Assembly: GCA_963678565.1 (NCBI GenBank) | Contig: OY782875.1 | Location: forward strand, 1,265,770-1,329,769 | Source: Prolixibacteraceae bacterium | Lineage (GTDB): Bacteria > Bacteroidota > Bacteroidia > Bacteroidales > Prolixibacteraceae | Reading direction: 5' to 3' | DNA: 64,000 bases | The notes under the pieces: generated by a model | What the model saw: the letters and a program-made list of their open reading frames with translations, nothing else | The model's database searches: none | What the model was told of the DNA's origin: nothing | Translations under genes and position numbers: made by a program | Shown here: one piece after another, positions 36,457 to 46,267 of the stretch | Position numbering within the stretch: position 1 is the stretch's first letter | Layout of the letters: each line of letters begins with the position of its first letter

Positions 36457-39400
36457 ATGCGAATTTCGAGGTATATAAAAATTCCGTTATACGCACTCAT
36501 CATTTTTATGGTGCTGGGTATTGTTACGGAGAAATATTTCCTCGCAAGTAAAATTAACGATGGTGAAATTTCGAAGTTTAGTAAAACACTTCAGAAAAGG
36601 CAGGATCGATTAGAAGAAACGATTGATGAAATTGTTTTTGAATTAGATACGCTAGGCGATTTTTCAGACGTTAATTTATTTCATTATTTCTCGAAATATA
36701 TCGATGAATTAGCACACGATGAAACGGCCATTATTATTTCTGATTATTCCGATCCTTATTTTTGGTCGAGCAATGTAATTGCCTTTTACGATGAGTTACA
36801 AAATGTATCAAATGGATTGTACCATTTGCCCAATGGATGGTATGTACTTACAACTTATAAAACAGACGATTTCGTAATTTATGGATTGACATTAATTAAA
36901 TACGATTACGAAATTGAGAACGATTATCTTGAAAATAAGTTTGCAAAAGGTTTTCAATTGCCTTCGAATTACGAAGTGCTTTTTTATAAAACTTCCGATT
37001 CTTACCCTGTTTTTAATAAACGTCGACAGTTTCTGTTTTCAATACGTCCCTCAGAGCGTTTGTCGGGCATGTATTCGGGAATTTTTTATCCATCCATTTT
37101 TTATGTGTTGGCATTGTTTGCTGGGTTTGTTCTATTGTTTAGGCTCCTGATTCATTATATGCACCGCAGACCTATTTTAAGATTATCCTTGCTGGCGGTT
37201 TTTTTAGCGTTAATGTATTATGTGTTGAACACCTTTAATATTCCGCAAACCTTTTTTAAACTAGAACTCTTTTCGCCAAAGGCTTTTGCTTATTCTTCGA
37301 TATGGTATTCGATGGGAGAGTTTTTGGTTTTCAGTGTTTTCATGTTCTTTTTTTCGGTTACCTTTTATCGATCGTTTGAGCTGCCTCGCTTTGTGCGAAT
37401 TAATAAAAGTTTACTTCGGCTTACCAATATTGTAATGCTTTTATTTGTTGCCGGATTATTGGTTTTTATTCGATTTTCGCTGAAAACCTTAATCATGAAT
37501 TCTAGTGTTTCGTATGCAATTTACAAGCTAGAAGAACTCAATGAATACAGTTTGATTGGATACCTTGCAATTGCATTTCAATTTTTGGCATTTTACTTTA
37601 TTTCATTACGAGTCGCACAGGTTTGTCGTTCTATATTTAAGGTAAAAGCATACTTGATCAATTTATCAATTGCGACCGTTTTATTTGTGATAATTCAGCT
37701 TGTATTTTCGTTTAGCACTATTCTGACTATCACAATTTTCTTTTTAACAGTTGCGGTCATCAATTATATTCTAAGTTTAAAGGAAATTTTGTCGTACCGC
37801 TTATCTCGAATTGTAATCTACGTTTTGGTTTTTACCATTTTCACCATTGTTCACTTGTTGAAATATGTAAAAGCGTATGAGCAAAATGTTCAGGAAGTGA
37901 TGGTCATGAACTTATCGAATGAGCATGATCCTACGGCTGAATTATTTTTGCGAGATATTGACAAAAAATTGAATTCTGACACACAAATTATTGATTCCTA
38001 TCAATATGGGGCTGAAGCGGTAGAGGATTACATCGCAAACACCTATTTTAACAATGGATATTTCAGGGATTACGATTTGCAAATTACGATTTGTGATGAA
38101 GTCGATAGCTTATTAATTCAGCCCGAAAATGAACTGATAGGGTGTTTCCCATTTTTCGAAGAAATGATAACGGAGCTATCGATTCCGATTGATGATATTA
38201 GTTTTTATTTTATCGACAACATGAATGGGCGAATTACTTATATGGGAAACTATTTGTTTTCCTTGCCCGATCTCAGTTACTTCAAGGTGTATATTGAATT
38301 GAATTCGAAGTTGCTATCTGAAGGAACTGGATTTCCAGAATTATTATTGCCACAGAGCTCGATAGAAAATAGAATTCGGAACAACTTTTCATTTGCTAAG
38401 TACAATGGTGGAGAATTGATTGACCGGGGGGGCGAATTTTTATATGGTTTAAACCTTTCTGCTTTCGAAATTCCGAACGATACAATTGGCTTTGTCGATT
38501 GGGGAGGATACGAACATTGTTATTACAATCTAGGAAACGACAACGTAGTTTTAGTGAGTCGTGAAAAGATTCGTTTGTTCGACTATTTTATTGCTTTCCC
38601 TTATGTGTTTGTGTTTCTGTTTATTATTTCAAGTATTCTTAATTTATTCTCTACCAATAATTATAAGATATTCTACATTCGACAATCACTGCGAATTAGA
38701 ATCCAAGTATCAATCATAGGTGTTGTAATGATTGCTTTGCTTATTGTGGGGTCGGGAACGATCTATTACATTGTCACTCAGTATCAATTGAACCACGAGG
38801 ATGATTTAGTTGAAAAAGTAAATTCTATTTCCATTGAAATTGATATTTTGTTGGGCGATTTTGAACACTTTAATCCTGAAATGATTGACTATTTGGGATA
38901 TGAGTTAATAAACCTTTCTGATATTTTTAAGACCGATATCAATATTTACGACCTTTATGGAAATTTGGTTTCTACTTCTCGTCATGAAATCTTTGAGAAA
39001 GGGCTAATTTCAACACACATGGATGCTCGTGCATTGAGCTATTTAACGGAGTACGATCCGGTACGATACATTCATGAAGAATACATTGGCGAATTAAAAT
39101 ATTTGTCGGCGTATATTCCAATGATTAATAGTTTGGGCTATCAAATTGGTTACATTAACTTACCGTATTTTACCCACGAGAGGCGCTTTCGTCAGGAGAT
39201 TACAACTTTCGTTTTTGCTTTCATCAATATCTATGTTTTCCTATTGATGGCAAGTATTTTTGTGGCATATTATATTTCAACTCGAATAACCGAACCGCTG
39301 AAAATGATTCGGGAAAATCTGAGAGAAGTAAAGCTCGGTAAACGAACCCAAAAGCTAGAATATCAATCCGAAGATGAAATTGGATTGTTGGTGTCGGAAT

Positions 39401-40122
39401 ACAATCAAATGCTCGAAGAGTTGGCTACTAGTGCAGAGTTGTTGGCACGTTCGGAACGTGAAATTGCCTGGCGCGAAATGGCCAAACAAATTGCCCACGA
39501 AATAAAAAATCCATTGACGCCAATGAAACTGAATATTCAGTTTTTACAACGAACAAAACTTGCCAACGACGATAAGGATGAAAAGCTTAAACGAATAACC
39601 GATACTTTAATTGAGCAAATTGATAATTTGTCGGCGATTGCTACCGAGTTCTCAAATTTTGCAAAAATCCCGAAAACGAAAAATGAGCGTTTTAATTTAA
39701 GTCATCGATTGAAAGAAACTTTGGAGCTGTACGCAAATACAGGACAGGTAAAATTAGAATTCGACATAGAAGAATATGACTTTTATATTTATGCCGATCC
39801 TGAGCAATTTTCACGGGCAATTATTAATTTAATTAAGAATGCGATCCAATCGATTCCTGAAACTCGTAAAGGGGAAATTTTAATTGCGGTTAAGAAACAA
39901 GAGAACAGTGCTATTATTTCTGTAAAAGACAATGGCAAAGGAATTCCAGATGATTTGGCTTCGCATATTTTTGTGCCAAACTTTACCACCAAATCGAGTG
40001 GCGCAGGCTTAGGCTTGGCCATAACCAAAAGCATTGTGGAGAATTTTAATGGACATATTTGGTTCGATTCAAACAAAGCCGAAGGCACTACTTTCTATAT
40101 TAAAATTCCAATAATCGATTAG
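36457..40122 (+). CDS. Large multi-pass sensor histidine kinase (1221 aa)
   Basis: An N-terminal region of about 950 aa with many TM helices and two predicted extracytoplasmic segments, a HAMP-like linker, H-box AHEIKNPL, an N box (NLIKNAIQS) and G boxes (DNGKGIP, GAGLGLAI). Confidence 0.88.
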   Translation: MRISRYIKIPLYALIIFMVLGIVTEKYFLASKINDGEISKFSKTLQKRQDRLEETIDEIVFELDTLGDFSDVNLFHYFSKYIDELAHDETAIIISDYSDPYFWSSNVIAFYDELQNVSNGLYHLPNGWYVLTTYKTDDFVIYGLTLIKYDYEIENDYLENKFAKGFQLPSNYEVLFYKTSDSYPVFNKRRQFLFSIRPSERLSGMYSGIFYPSIFYVLALFAGFVLLFRLLIHYMHRRPILRLSLLAVFLALMYYVLNTFNIPQTFFKLELFSPKAFAYSSIWYSMGEFLVFSVFMFFFSVTFYRSFELPRFVRINKSLLRLTNIVMLLFVAGLLVFIRFSLKTLIMNSSVSYAIYKLEELNEYSLIGYLAIAFQFLAFYFISLRVAQVCRSIFKVKAYLINLSIATVLFVIIQLVFSFSTILTITIFFLTVAVINYILSLKEILSYRLSRIVIYVLVFTIFTIVHLLKYVKAYEQNVQEVMVMNLSNEHDPTAELFLRDIDKKLNSDTQIIDSYQYGAEAVEDYIANTYFNNGYFRDYDLQITICDEVDSLLIQPENELIGCFPFFEEMITELSIPIDDISFYFIDNMNGRITYMGNYLFSLPDLSYFKVYIELNSKLLSEGTGFPELLLPQSSIENRIRNNFSFAKYNGGELIDRGGEFLYGLNLSAFEIPNDTIGFVDWGGYEHCYYNLGNDNVVLVSREKIRLFDYFIAFPYVFVFLFIISSILNLFSTNNYKIFYIRQSLRIRIQVSIIGVVMIALLIVGSGTIYYIVTQYQLNHEDDLVEKVNSISIEIDILLGDFEHFNPEMIDYLGYELINLSDIFKTDINIYDLYGNLVSTSRHEIFEKGLISTHMDARALSYLTEYDPVRYIHEEYIGELKYLSAYIPMINSLGYQIGYINLPYFTHERRFRQEITTFVFAFINIYVFLLMASIFVAYYISTRITEPLKMIRENLREVKLGKRTQKLEYQSEDEIGLLVSEYNQMLEELATSAELLARSEREIAWREMAKQIAHEIKNPLTPMKLNIQFLQRTKLANDDKDEKLKRITDTLIEQIDNLSAIATEFSNFAKIPKTKNERFNLSHRLKETLELYANTGQVKLEFDIEEYDFYIYADPEQFSRAIINLIKNAIQSIPETRKGEILIAVKKQENSAIISVKDNGKGIPDDLASHIFVPNFTTKSSGAGLGLAITKSIVENFNGHIWFDSNKAEGTTFYIKIPIID

Positions 40123-40124
40123 TT

Positions 40125-40907
40125 ATGTTGAAAATTACTGTATTGGTAGAAAATACTGCGGGGCGATTCTGTTTGGCTGAGCATGGATTAAGTTATTTTA
40201 TCGAAGGAAAATCGAAATATCTATTTGATACAGGCTCAAGCAATTTATTTTTAGAAAATGCAAAGCGCGTTAAATTAGATCTAACAGAGGTTGAAACTGT
40301 CGTGCTGAGTCATGGGCACGATGATCATACTGGTGGATTAAAGTACCTGCAAAACAAAAAGCTAATTGCTCATCCACAGGTTTTTATGAAACGATTTCGT
40401 AAAAGAACAGGAACGGGGCTCGGGCTGCCACTTTCGAAAGATGAGCTACAAAATTTAGGTTTTCAAATGCAACTTTCTAAAGCACCACTTCAGTTAGATG
40501 AGGAGACTTGGTTTTTAGGCGAAATTCCGAAGATTACTGACTTTGAGGCAAAAACTACGTCCTTCGTTGATGAGTTGGGGTTGGATGATTTTATCCCCGA
40601 CGATTCGGGCATGGTTTTTAAAACTAGCAAAGGTTTGGTTTTAATAACAGGGTGTGCACATTCGGGGGTTTGTAACATGATTTTGCATGCCCAAAATATT
40701 ACTGGCGAAAAGAAAATTCATGCGGTTATTGGTGGTTTTCATTTAACTACAGCTGATGAGCAAACGCTAAAAACCATCGAATTCTTGAAGGAATTAAAGG
40801 TTGAGAAAGTAATTCCATCGCATTGTACCGCTTTTCCGGCATTGGCCGAGTTTCATAAGCACTTTCCATTTGTACAACTGAAAACAGGGAATACTTTACA
40901 GCTATAA
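40125..40907 (+). CDS. MBL-fold metallo-hydrolase
   Basis: HGHDDHTGG (HxHxDH) motif; 260 aa. It starts 2 nt after the kinase stop codon. Confidence 0.8.
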   Translation: MLKITVLVENTAGRFCLAEHGLSYFIEGKSKYLFDTGSSNLFLENAKRVKLDLTEVETVVLSHGHDDHTGGLKYLQNKKLIAHPQVFMKRFRKRTGTGLGLPLSKDELQNLGFQMQLSKAPLQLDEETWFLGEIPKITDFEAKTTSFVDELGLDDFIPDDSGMVFKTSKGLVLITGCAHSGVCNMILHAQNITGEKKIHAVIGGFHLTTADEQTLKTIEFLKELKVEKVIPSHCTAFPALAEFHKHFPFVQLKTGNTLQL

Positions 40908-40981
40908 GAAAAATTAACTTGTTTGCTAGCTGAGTTCTTTGGCAAGAGCGGCATCTTGATAAATTCCATCACATTTTTTGA

Positions 40982-41230
40982 GGTAACCGGGGCGAAGAGC
41001 TTGGTAACTTTGGAAAAATGGTAAAGCCCACAGCAAACTAGTCGGTAACTGCAACTAAATGACTTCTCCCGTTGCGGAATGGTTGGTAACCACAGAAAAT
41101 TGCAATGTAACCATGGAGAAATGCTTCGTAACCATGGAAATTTATGAAATCCTGTAGCGGAATGGTCGGTAACCTGGTTCCCTTGCATTTCGCTACGGGA
41201 TTTACCATTTCGCACCGGGCTTTAGCATTT
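40982..41230. repeat. Degenerate direct-repeat array on a ~20-21 bp lattice (GTAAC(C) motifs, then CATTTCGC motifs)
   Basis: GTAAC starts at 40983, 41004, 41045, 41086, 41107, 41128 and 41169, giving spacings of 21, 41, 41, 21, 21 and 41. GCGGAATGGTYGGTAACC occurs at 41073 and 41157. GTAACCATGGARA occurs at 41107 and 41128. CATTTCGC occurs at 41186 and 41206, with CATTTT at 41226. Confidence 0.75.
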
Positions 41231-41344
41231 TAATATCGAATTTGAATTTATTGTTGAAGTTCTCCCTTAACAATTTTGAGTCGCTTTCGGAAAATAATAG
41301 AATTCTATTAATTGGGCCTTGTAACTTTTAATTTTAATCAAGAA

Positions 41345-42250
41345 TTACAAGGTCAGTTCCCGGAATATGTTTTCAATGCTTTTTTCCTGCTCCTGAAGAG
41401 TAAGTATGGTGTAATTATTTGCGACTGCAAAATTGAACAGTAGAGGTCGAATGTCTGATTTTGGGTTGGCTTCTATTAAAATTGTATTCGAGTTGATTGT
41501 ATAAACGTTTTTTACAAAATCTAGCTTTTCAAATTGAGTTGCTTCAATATTTTCGATGGTTTCAAAAAGTACTTTTTGGTTTTGCGACAAGCTTTTATTC
41601 AAGGTTGAAATTGGTCCGTCGGCAACCAACTCGCCTTTGTTGATTATAATCACACGCTTGCAAATAGCTTCCACTTCTTGCATAATATGGGTGGAGAGCA
41701 AAACTGTTTTTTCTTTACTAATCTTTACAATCATCGAACGAATTTCTTCGAGTTGATTGGGATCAAGCCCTGAAGTTGGTTCATCCAATATTAGCAATTC
41801 CGGATTATGAATTAGGGCTTGTGCCAAGCCAACGCGCTGCTTGTATCCTTTCGATAAAGCGCCTACTTTTTTATGAATTTCAAGTTCTAATCCAGTTAAC
41901 TCTATGGCTTCATCAATGCGTTGATTAAGCGATTTTAATTTGTAAATTCCACCAACGAACTGAAGGTATTCACGAATATACATTTCGGGATAGAGCGGCG
42001 TTGACTCTGGTAAATAGCCAATTTTTGATTGAAAAAAGTTGAGATTTGAATTTAGATTTTCGCCATCAAAAAGTACATTGCCACTATCGGGGTTTAAGTA
42101 GCCCGTAATAATTTTCATCATTGTTGATTTACCTGCACCATTGGGGCCTAAAAATCCAGTAATTTCCCCTTTGTTTAGCTGGAAACTTACATCGTTTAGC
42201 GCTTTTTGCGATCCGTAGGTTTTGGTAATATTTTCAACAATTATCGACAT
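41345..42250 (-). CDS. gldA: ABC transporter ATP-binding protein, GldA-like (gliding-motility-associated type)
   Basis: Walker A GPNGAGKST, signature LSKGYKQR and Walker B LILDEPTSGLD. The overall N-terminus is very similar to flavobacterial GldA. The symbol is tentative. Confidence 0.7.
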   Translation of the reverse strand: MSIIVENITKTYGSQKALNDVSFQLNKGEITGFLGPNGAGKSTMMKIITGYLNPDSGNVLFDGENLNSNLNFFQSKIGYLPESTPLYPEMYIREYLQFVGGIYKLKSLNQRIDEAIELTGLELEIHKKVGALSKGYKQRVGLAQALIHNPELLILDEPTSGLDPNQLEEIRSMIVKISKEKTVLLSTHIMQEVEAICKRVIIINKGELVADGPISTLNKSLSQNQKVLFETIENIEATQFEKLDFVKNVYTINSNTILIEANPKSDIRPLLFNFAVANNYTILTLQEQEKSIENIFRELTL

Positions 42251-42251
42251 A

Positions 42252-43178
42252 TTATAAGGTGTTTAACAATGGGTGATAGTCGCCCGTTTTTCCTATAGCT
42301 TTAGCATTTCGAATATCGTCGGTAAGCATAATGCTTTTGGCAACATCATCAATTGTGAAACCTTTTCCATTTAATATATGTTCGTACGATTGGGTGTGTA
42401 AATTAGCAAAGCCGTTGCTGAATTCCAATTCCTCATTTTCAATTTTAAGAGAGCGGAAAGTTCGAATTCCTTTTTCTTTAATATCGGTACTTAAATCATC
42501 GTAATCGAGACTTAAAAACCAGCGTACGTTTGCATTTTTAAGTTGTAAAATTCCAGCCGCCTTTTGATCCGAATAATAATTGAGCGTGCTCTTCTGTACA
42601 TCGCCAAAAATCCAAATCAACATGTCGAAAAAGTGAATCCCAATATTGGTTGCCACGCCGCCCGACTTTTCCTGAACCGTTTTCCAGCTTTTGTAATACC
42701 ACTTTCCTCGTGAGGTGATATAGGTTAAATCGATATCGTAAATTTTATCTTGAGGGCCTTCTTCAATTTTCTTCTTAAGCGCTATAATCGTTGGATGCAA
42801 GCGCAATTGAAGAATGGTATTGATGTTGTTTCCGGTAGCTTGCATTAAATTGTCAAGCTTTGTTAAGTCGCGTGGAAAAAGCACCAATGGCTTTTCGCAA
42901 ATGGCATTGGCATTGTTTTCGAGTGCCATTTGAATATGTGTTCGGTGCAAGAAATTGGGGGAACAAATACTTACGAAATCAACCGGATTGTCTTCAAGGA
43001 AATCGATGAACTTTTCTGTGCTCAAAAAGAATTCAGCATTTGGAAAATAGCTGTCGATTCTTCCCATTACATCAAACTTATCGTGAGCTATCAATAGATT
43101 ATTGTTTGTTTCTTTAATCGCTCGTATATGTCGTTCCGCAACAAAACCTGCTGCTCCAATTAATGCAAAGTTTTTCAA
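42252..43178 (-). CDS. wbpB: Gfo/Idh/MocA oxidoreductase, WbpB-like (UDP-GlcNAcA 3-dehydrogenase)
   Basis: N-terminal Rossmann IGAAGFVAERH and EKP motif; 308 aa. It sits in an operon with a WbpD-like acetyltransferase and a WbpE-like aminotransferase. Confidence 0.7.
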   Translation of the reverse strand: MKNFALIGAAGFVAERHIRAIKETNNNLLIAHDKFDVMGRIDSYFPNAEFFLSTEKFIDFLEDNPVDFVSICSPNFLHRTHIQMALENNANAICEKPLVLFPRDLTKLDNLMQATGNNINTILQLRLHPTIIALKKKIEEGPQDKIYDIDLTYITSRGKWYYKSWKTVQEKSGGVATNIGIHFFDMLIWIFGDVQKSTLNYYSDQKAAGILQLKNANVRWFLSLDYDDLSTDIKEKGIRTFRSLKIENEELEFSNGFANLHTQSYEHILNGKGFTIDDVAKSIMLTDDIRNAKAIGKTGDYHPLLNTL

Positions 43179-43227
43179 AATAGTATTGTTTGTTGATTAA
43201 ACGGTGGCAAAAGTAATTTTATAATTG

Positions 43228-43788
43228 TCAATTATCAATTATCAAATCCTCATTTTCCATTTTCCATTGTTGGCCTGTTTGTGTGCATTGCATTTTCATG
43301 TTTAAAACAATGCCTTCTTTAGTGATCCATCCGGTTTGAGATGCCGGAACTCCTGTCATTAGTGCAAACGGTTTAACATTTTTAGTAACAACAGCTCCAG
43401 CTCCAATCATGGCATAGGCACCAATGGTGGTGCCACACAGTATCGTTGCATTGGCACCAATGGTTGCTCCCTTTTTTACGGTGGTTGTTTGAAATTCTTC
43501 CTTGCGATTAACAAATGAACGTGGATTAATTACGTTGGTAAATACACAACTTGGTCCGCAAAAAACATCGTCTTCTAAAACAACATTGTCGTAAACACTT
43601 ACATTATTTTGGATTTTTACATTGTTGCCAATTTTTGCCTTCCCAACAAAAACATTTTGTCCTAAAATACAATTTGCACCAATTTGGGACGTAGGCATGA
43701 TGTGACAGAAATGCCAAATTTTAGTTCCGTTTCCAATTTTAGCGCCTTCATCGACACATGCAGTTGGATGGATAGATATATTACTCAT
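43228..43788 (-). CDS. wbpD: Left-handed beta-helix N-acetyltransferase, WbpD-like
   Basis: Hexapeptide repeats throughout; 186 aa. It lies between the WbpE-like and WbpB-like genes. Confidence 0.7.
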   Translation of the reverse strand: MSNISIHPTACVDEGAKIGNGTKIWHFCHIMPTSQIGANCILGQNVFVGKAKIGNNVKIQNNVSVYDNVVLEDDVFCGPSCVFTNVINPRSFVNRKEEFQTTTVKKGATIGANATILCGTTIGAYAMIGAGAVVTKNVKPFALMTGVPASQTGWITKEGIVLNMKMQCTQTGQQWKMENEDLIIDN

Positions 43789-43790
43789 TG

Positions 43791-44897
43791 TTATTCGTTT
43801 TCAATATTTTGAAAATCAATAATTGCCTGTGCGACTTCGCGAATTTCATCTTCGGTAATAAAACCGTGCATCGGCAACGACAAAACAATATCGGAAACAA
43901 TTTCGGCAACTTCAAATTTTGCATTGATCGGGATCATTTCTTTAAATACTTCCTGATTGGGTAAAGGTTTTGGATAGTGAATAGCACTTGGAATTCCCTT
44001 TTCTTGCAAATAGTTTTTAAGCGCATCGCGATTGTTAACACTAATGGTATATTGTGCCCAAACACTCGTGTTTTCGGTATTTACTTCAGGAAGCAAAACG
44101 GTGTCGGCCAGTAATTGAGAATAAAGCTGTGCCGCTTTTTGTCGTTTGATAATTTCACTTTCAAAGTAGCGAAGTTTAACACGCAAAATAGCAGCCTGAA
44201 TAGTGTCCATACGCGCATTCAAGCCAATTACTTTATGATGATAACGTTGTTCTTGACCATGTGAACGAGCTAATTTGATTCGTTTTGCTACCTTATCGCT
44301 ATTGGTGAAAACAGCACCGCCATCGCCATAACAACCCAAGGGTTTTGCAGGAAAAAAACTGGTTATGCCAACATCGGTAAGATTGCCCGACTTTTTATTC
44401 TTGTAGGTTGCCCCAAAGGATTGAGCAGCATCTTCGATAACCCATAAATGATATTTGTCGGCGATTTTATTGATGGCATCGTAGTTGGCGCATTGTCCGA
44501 ACAAAGAAACGCTTATAATTCCTCGGGTTTTGTTGGTGATTTTCTCTTCAATTTTTGAAACATCGATATTGAAATCGACCGGAGAAATATCAACAAAAAC
44601 AGGTCTGGCATTTAAATGAGCAACCATCGAAGCCGTGGCAATAAAACTAAAAGCAGGTACAATTACTTCATCTTCGGGTTGTAGCTTATAGGCCATTAGT
44701 GAAATAAGCAAAGCATCGCTACCCGAACTGCAGCAAATTGCATGTTTAGCACCAACGAAGCTTGCCAGTTCTTCTTCGAGTTTTGAAATTTCATCACCAT
44801 TTATGAAAGTACTTGATTGAATCACATTCGCGATGGATTCATCAATTTCATTTTTATATGCTTGATATTGTCGATTTAAATCACAGAATTGCATCAA
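43791..44897 (-). CDS. wbpE: DegT/DnrJ/EryC1 family PLP-dependent sugar aminotransferase, WbpE-like
   Basis: PLP-Lys retained in SFFPAKPLGCYGDGG; 368 aa. Confidence 0.78.
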   Translation of the reverse strand: MMQFCDLNRQYQAYKNEIDESIANVIQSSTFINGDEISKLEEELASFVGAKHAICCSSGSDALLISLMAYKLQPEDEVIVPAFSFIATASMVAHLNARPVFVDISPVDFNIDVSKIEEKITNKTRGIISVSLFGQCANYDAINKIADKYHLWVIEDAAQSFGATYKNKKSGNLTDVGITSFFPAKPLGCYGDGGAVFTNSDKVAKRIKLARSHGQEQRYHHKVIGLNARMDTIQAAILRVKLRYFESEIIKRQKAAQLYSQLLADTVLLPEVNTENTSVWAQYTISVNNRDALKNYLQEKGIPSAIHYPKPLPNQEVFKEMIPINAKFEVAEIVSDIVLSLPMHGFITEDEIREVAQAIIDFQNIENE

Positions 44898-44969
44898 ATA
44901 ATATGAATTGTTGTTCTACAAAAATAACTCTAAAAGGTAAAGATTATTATTTTTGTTGAAATCGTTTCT

Positions 44970-46253
44970 ATGAAGAAAGTTTTAATCATAACATATTATT
45001 GGCCTCCTGCCGGTGGTGGCGGTGTTCAGCGCTGGTTGAAGTTTGTAAAATATTTGCCACAACTGGGGTATAAGCCAGTGGTGGTTGTTCCTGAAAATGC
45101 TGATTATCCAACAAATGATGAAACTTTATTGAGTGATATCCCCAAAGAAGCTGAGATTATTAGAATTCCGATTTGGGAACCTTACCGACTTTTTAAATTT
45201 ATTACCGGCAAAAAGGAAAATGAAAAAGTGAACACCGGTTTTTTATTTGATGATGGTAAAAAAGGGGTGCTTGAGCGAATAAGTTTGTGGTTGCGCGGAA
45301 ATGTTTTAATTCCCGATCCACGTGTATTTTGGGTACGCCCCGTTGTAAAGAAACTTTCAAGGAAAATTGATGAAATTAATCCAGAAGTAATTGTTACTAC
45401 TGGTCCTCCACACAGTGTTCATTTGATTGGTTTAAAACTGAAACAACGTAAAAAAGTGAAATGGATAGCCGATTTCAGAGATCCATGGAGCACCATTGAT
45501 TACCTCGATTTTTTCAATCTTTCAAAATTTGCACGAAATCAACAAAAAAGATTAGAGCGGAAGGTGTTGCAAGAATCTGATTTGGTGCTATCGGTAAGTG
45601 AAAATTGGAAAAAGGAATTACAAGAACTAGGCGCTAAAAATATCTCGGTAATTACCAATGGATATGATGAAAGCGATTTTGCCGACTATCAAAAAGTGCA
45701 TTCTGATAAGTTTATCTTCACCTATACCGGCTTGATAACTTCTTTGCGGAATCCTAAAAAATTATGGGAATTATTGGAGGAGTTGCTGGAAACTAATCCT
45801 AAAATTGCAGCTAAATTTGAATTGCGTTTAATTGGGAATATCGATTTACAAGTAATTAAAGGGATTGAATCGAAGAAGCGATTGTCTTCGAAATTGAATT
45901 ATATGGGCTATCTTAACCACCGTGAAGTTTTGAAAGCATATAGCGAATCATCGATTTTGTTGTTGCTCATCAATCAATCGGATAATGCTTTGGGGCACAT
46001 TCCCGGGAAATTATTTGAATATCTGGCCGCACAAACTCCTGTGTTGGCTCTAGGAGAGAAGAATGGAGATGTTGGCCGAATATTGAAAGAAACAGGGAAT
46101 GGGAGGATATTTGTAGAGGCAGAGCAGGCGGAAATTACTACTTTTATAGAAGAATGTTATGAGTCGGCTGTTTCAATCGAAAATTCTACTATAAAGATGT
46201 TTTCACGAAAAGAATTAACCAGAACATTAATTGCCGAAATTGAAAAATTATAA
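44970..46253 (+). CDS. Glycosyltransferase family 4-like
   Basis: N-terminal YYWPPAGGGGVQR motif and C-terminal GT-B E(x7)E-like region (PGKLFEYLAAQTPVLA); 427 aa. Confidence 0.75.
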   Translation: MKKVLIITYYWPPAGGGGVQRWLKFVKYLPQLGYKPVVVVPENADYPTNDETLLSDIPKEAEIIRIPIWEPYRLFKFITGKKENEKVNTGFLFDDGKKGVLERISLWLRGNVLIPDPRVFWVRPVVKKLSRKIDEINPEVIVTTGPPHSVHLIGLKLKQRKKVKWIADFRDPWSTIDYLDFFNLSKFARNQQKRLERKVLQESDLVLSVSENWKKELQELGAKNISVITNGYDESDFADYQKVHSDKFIFTYTGLITSLRNPKKLWELLEELLETNPKIAAKFELRLIGNIDLQVIKGIESKKRLSSKLNYMGYLNHREVLKAYSESSILLLLINQSDNALGHIPGKLFEYLAAQTPVLALGEKNGDVGRILKETGNGRIFVEAEQAEITTFIEECYESAVSIENSTIKMFSRKELTRTLIAEIEKL

Positions 46254-46267
46254 TCTCTCTAAAATTC

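Noticed and set aside
40853-41215. 120-aa minus-strand ORF covering the repeat array
   Set aside because: It overlaps the 3' end of the MBL-fold gene by 55 nt. Its repetitive VT/PWL content simply reflects translation of the GTAAC(C)ATGG repeats. It has low-complexity Cys/Trp-rich composition and no recognisable family. I treat it as non-coding repeat DNA.
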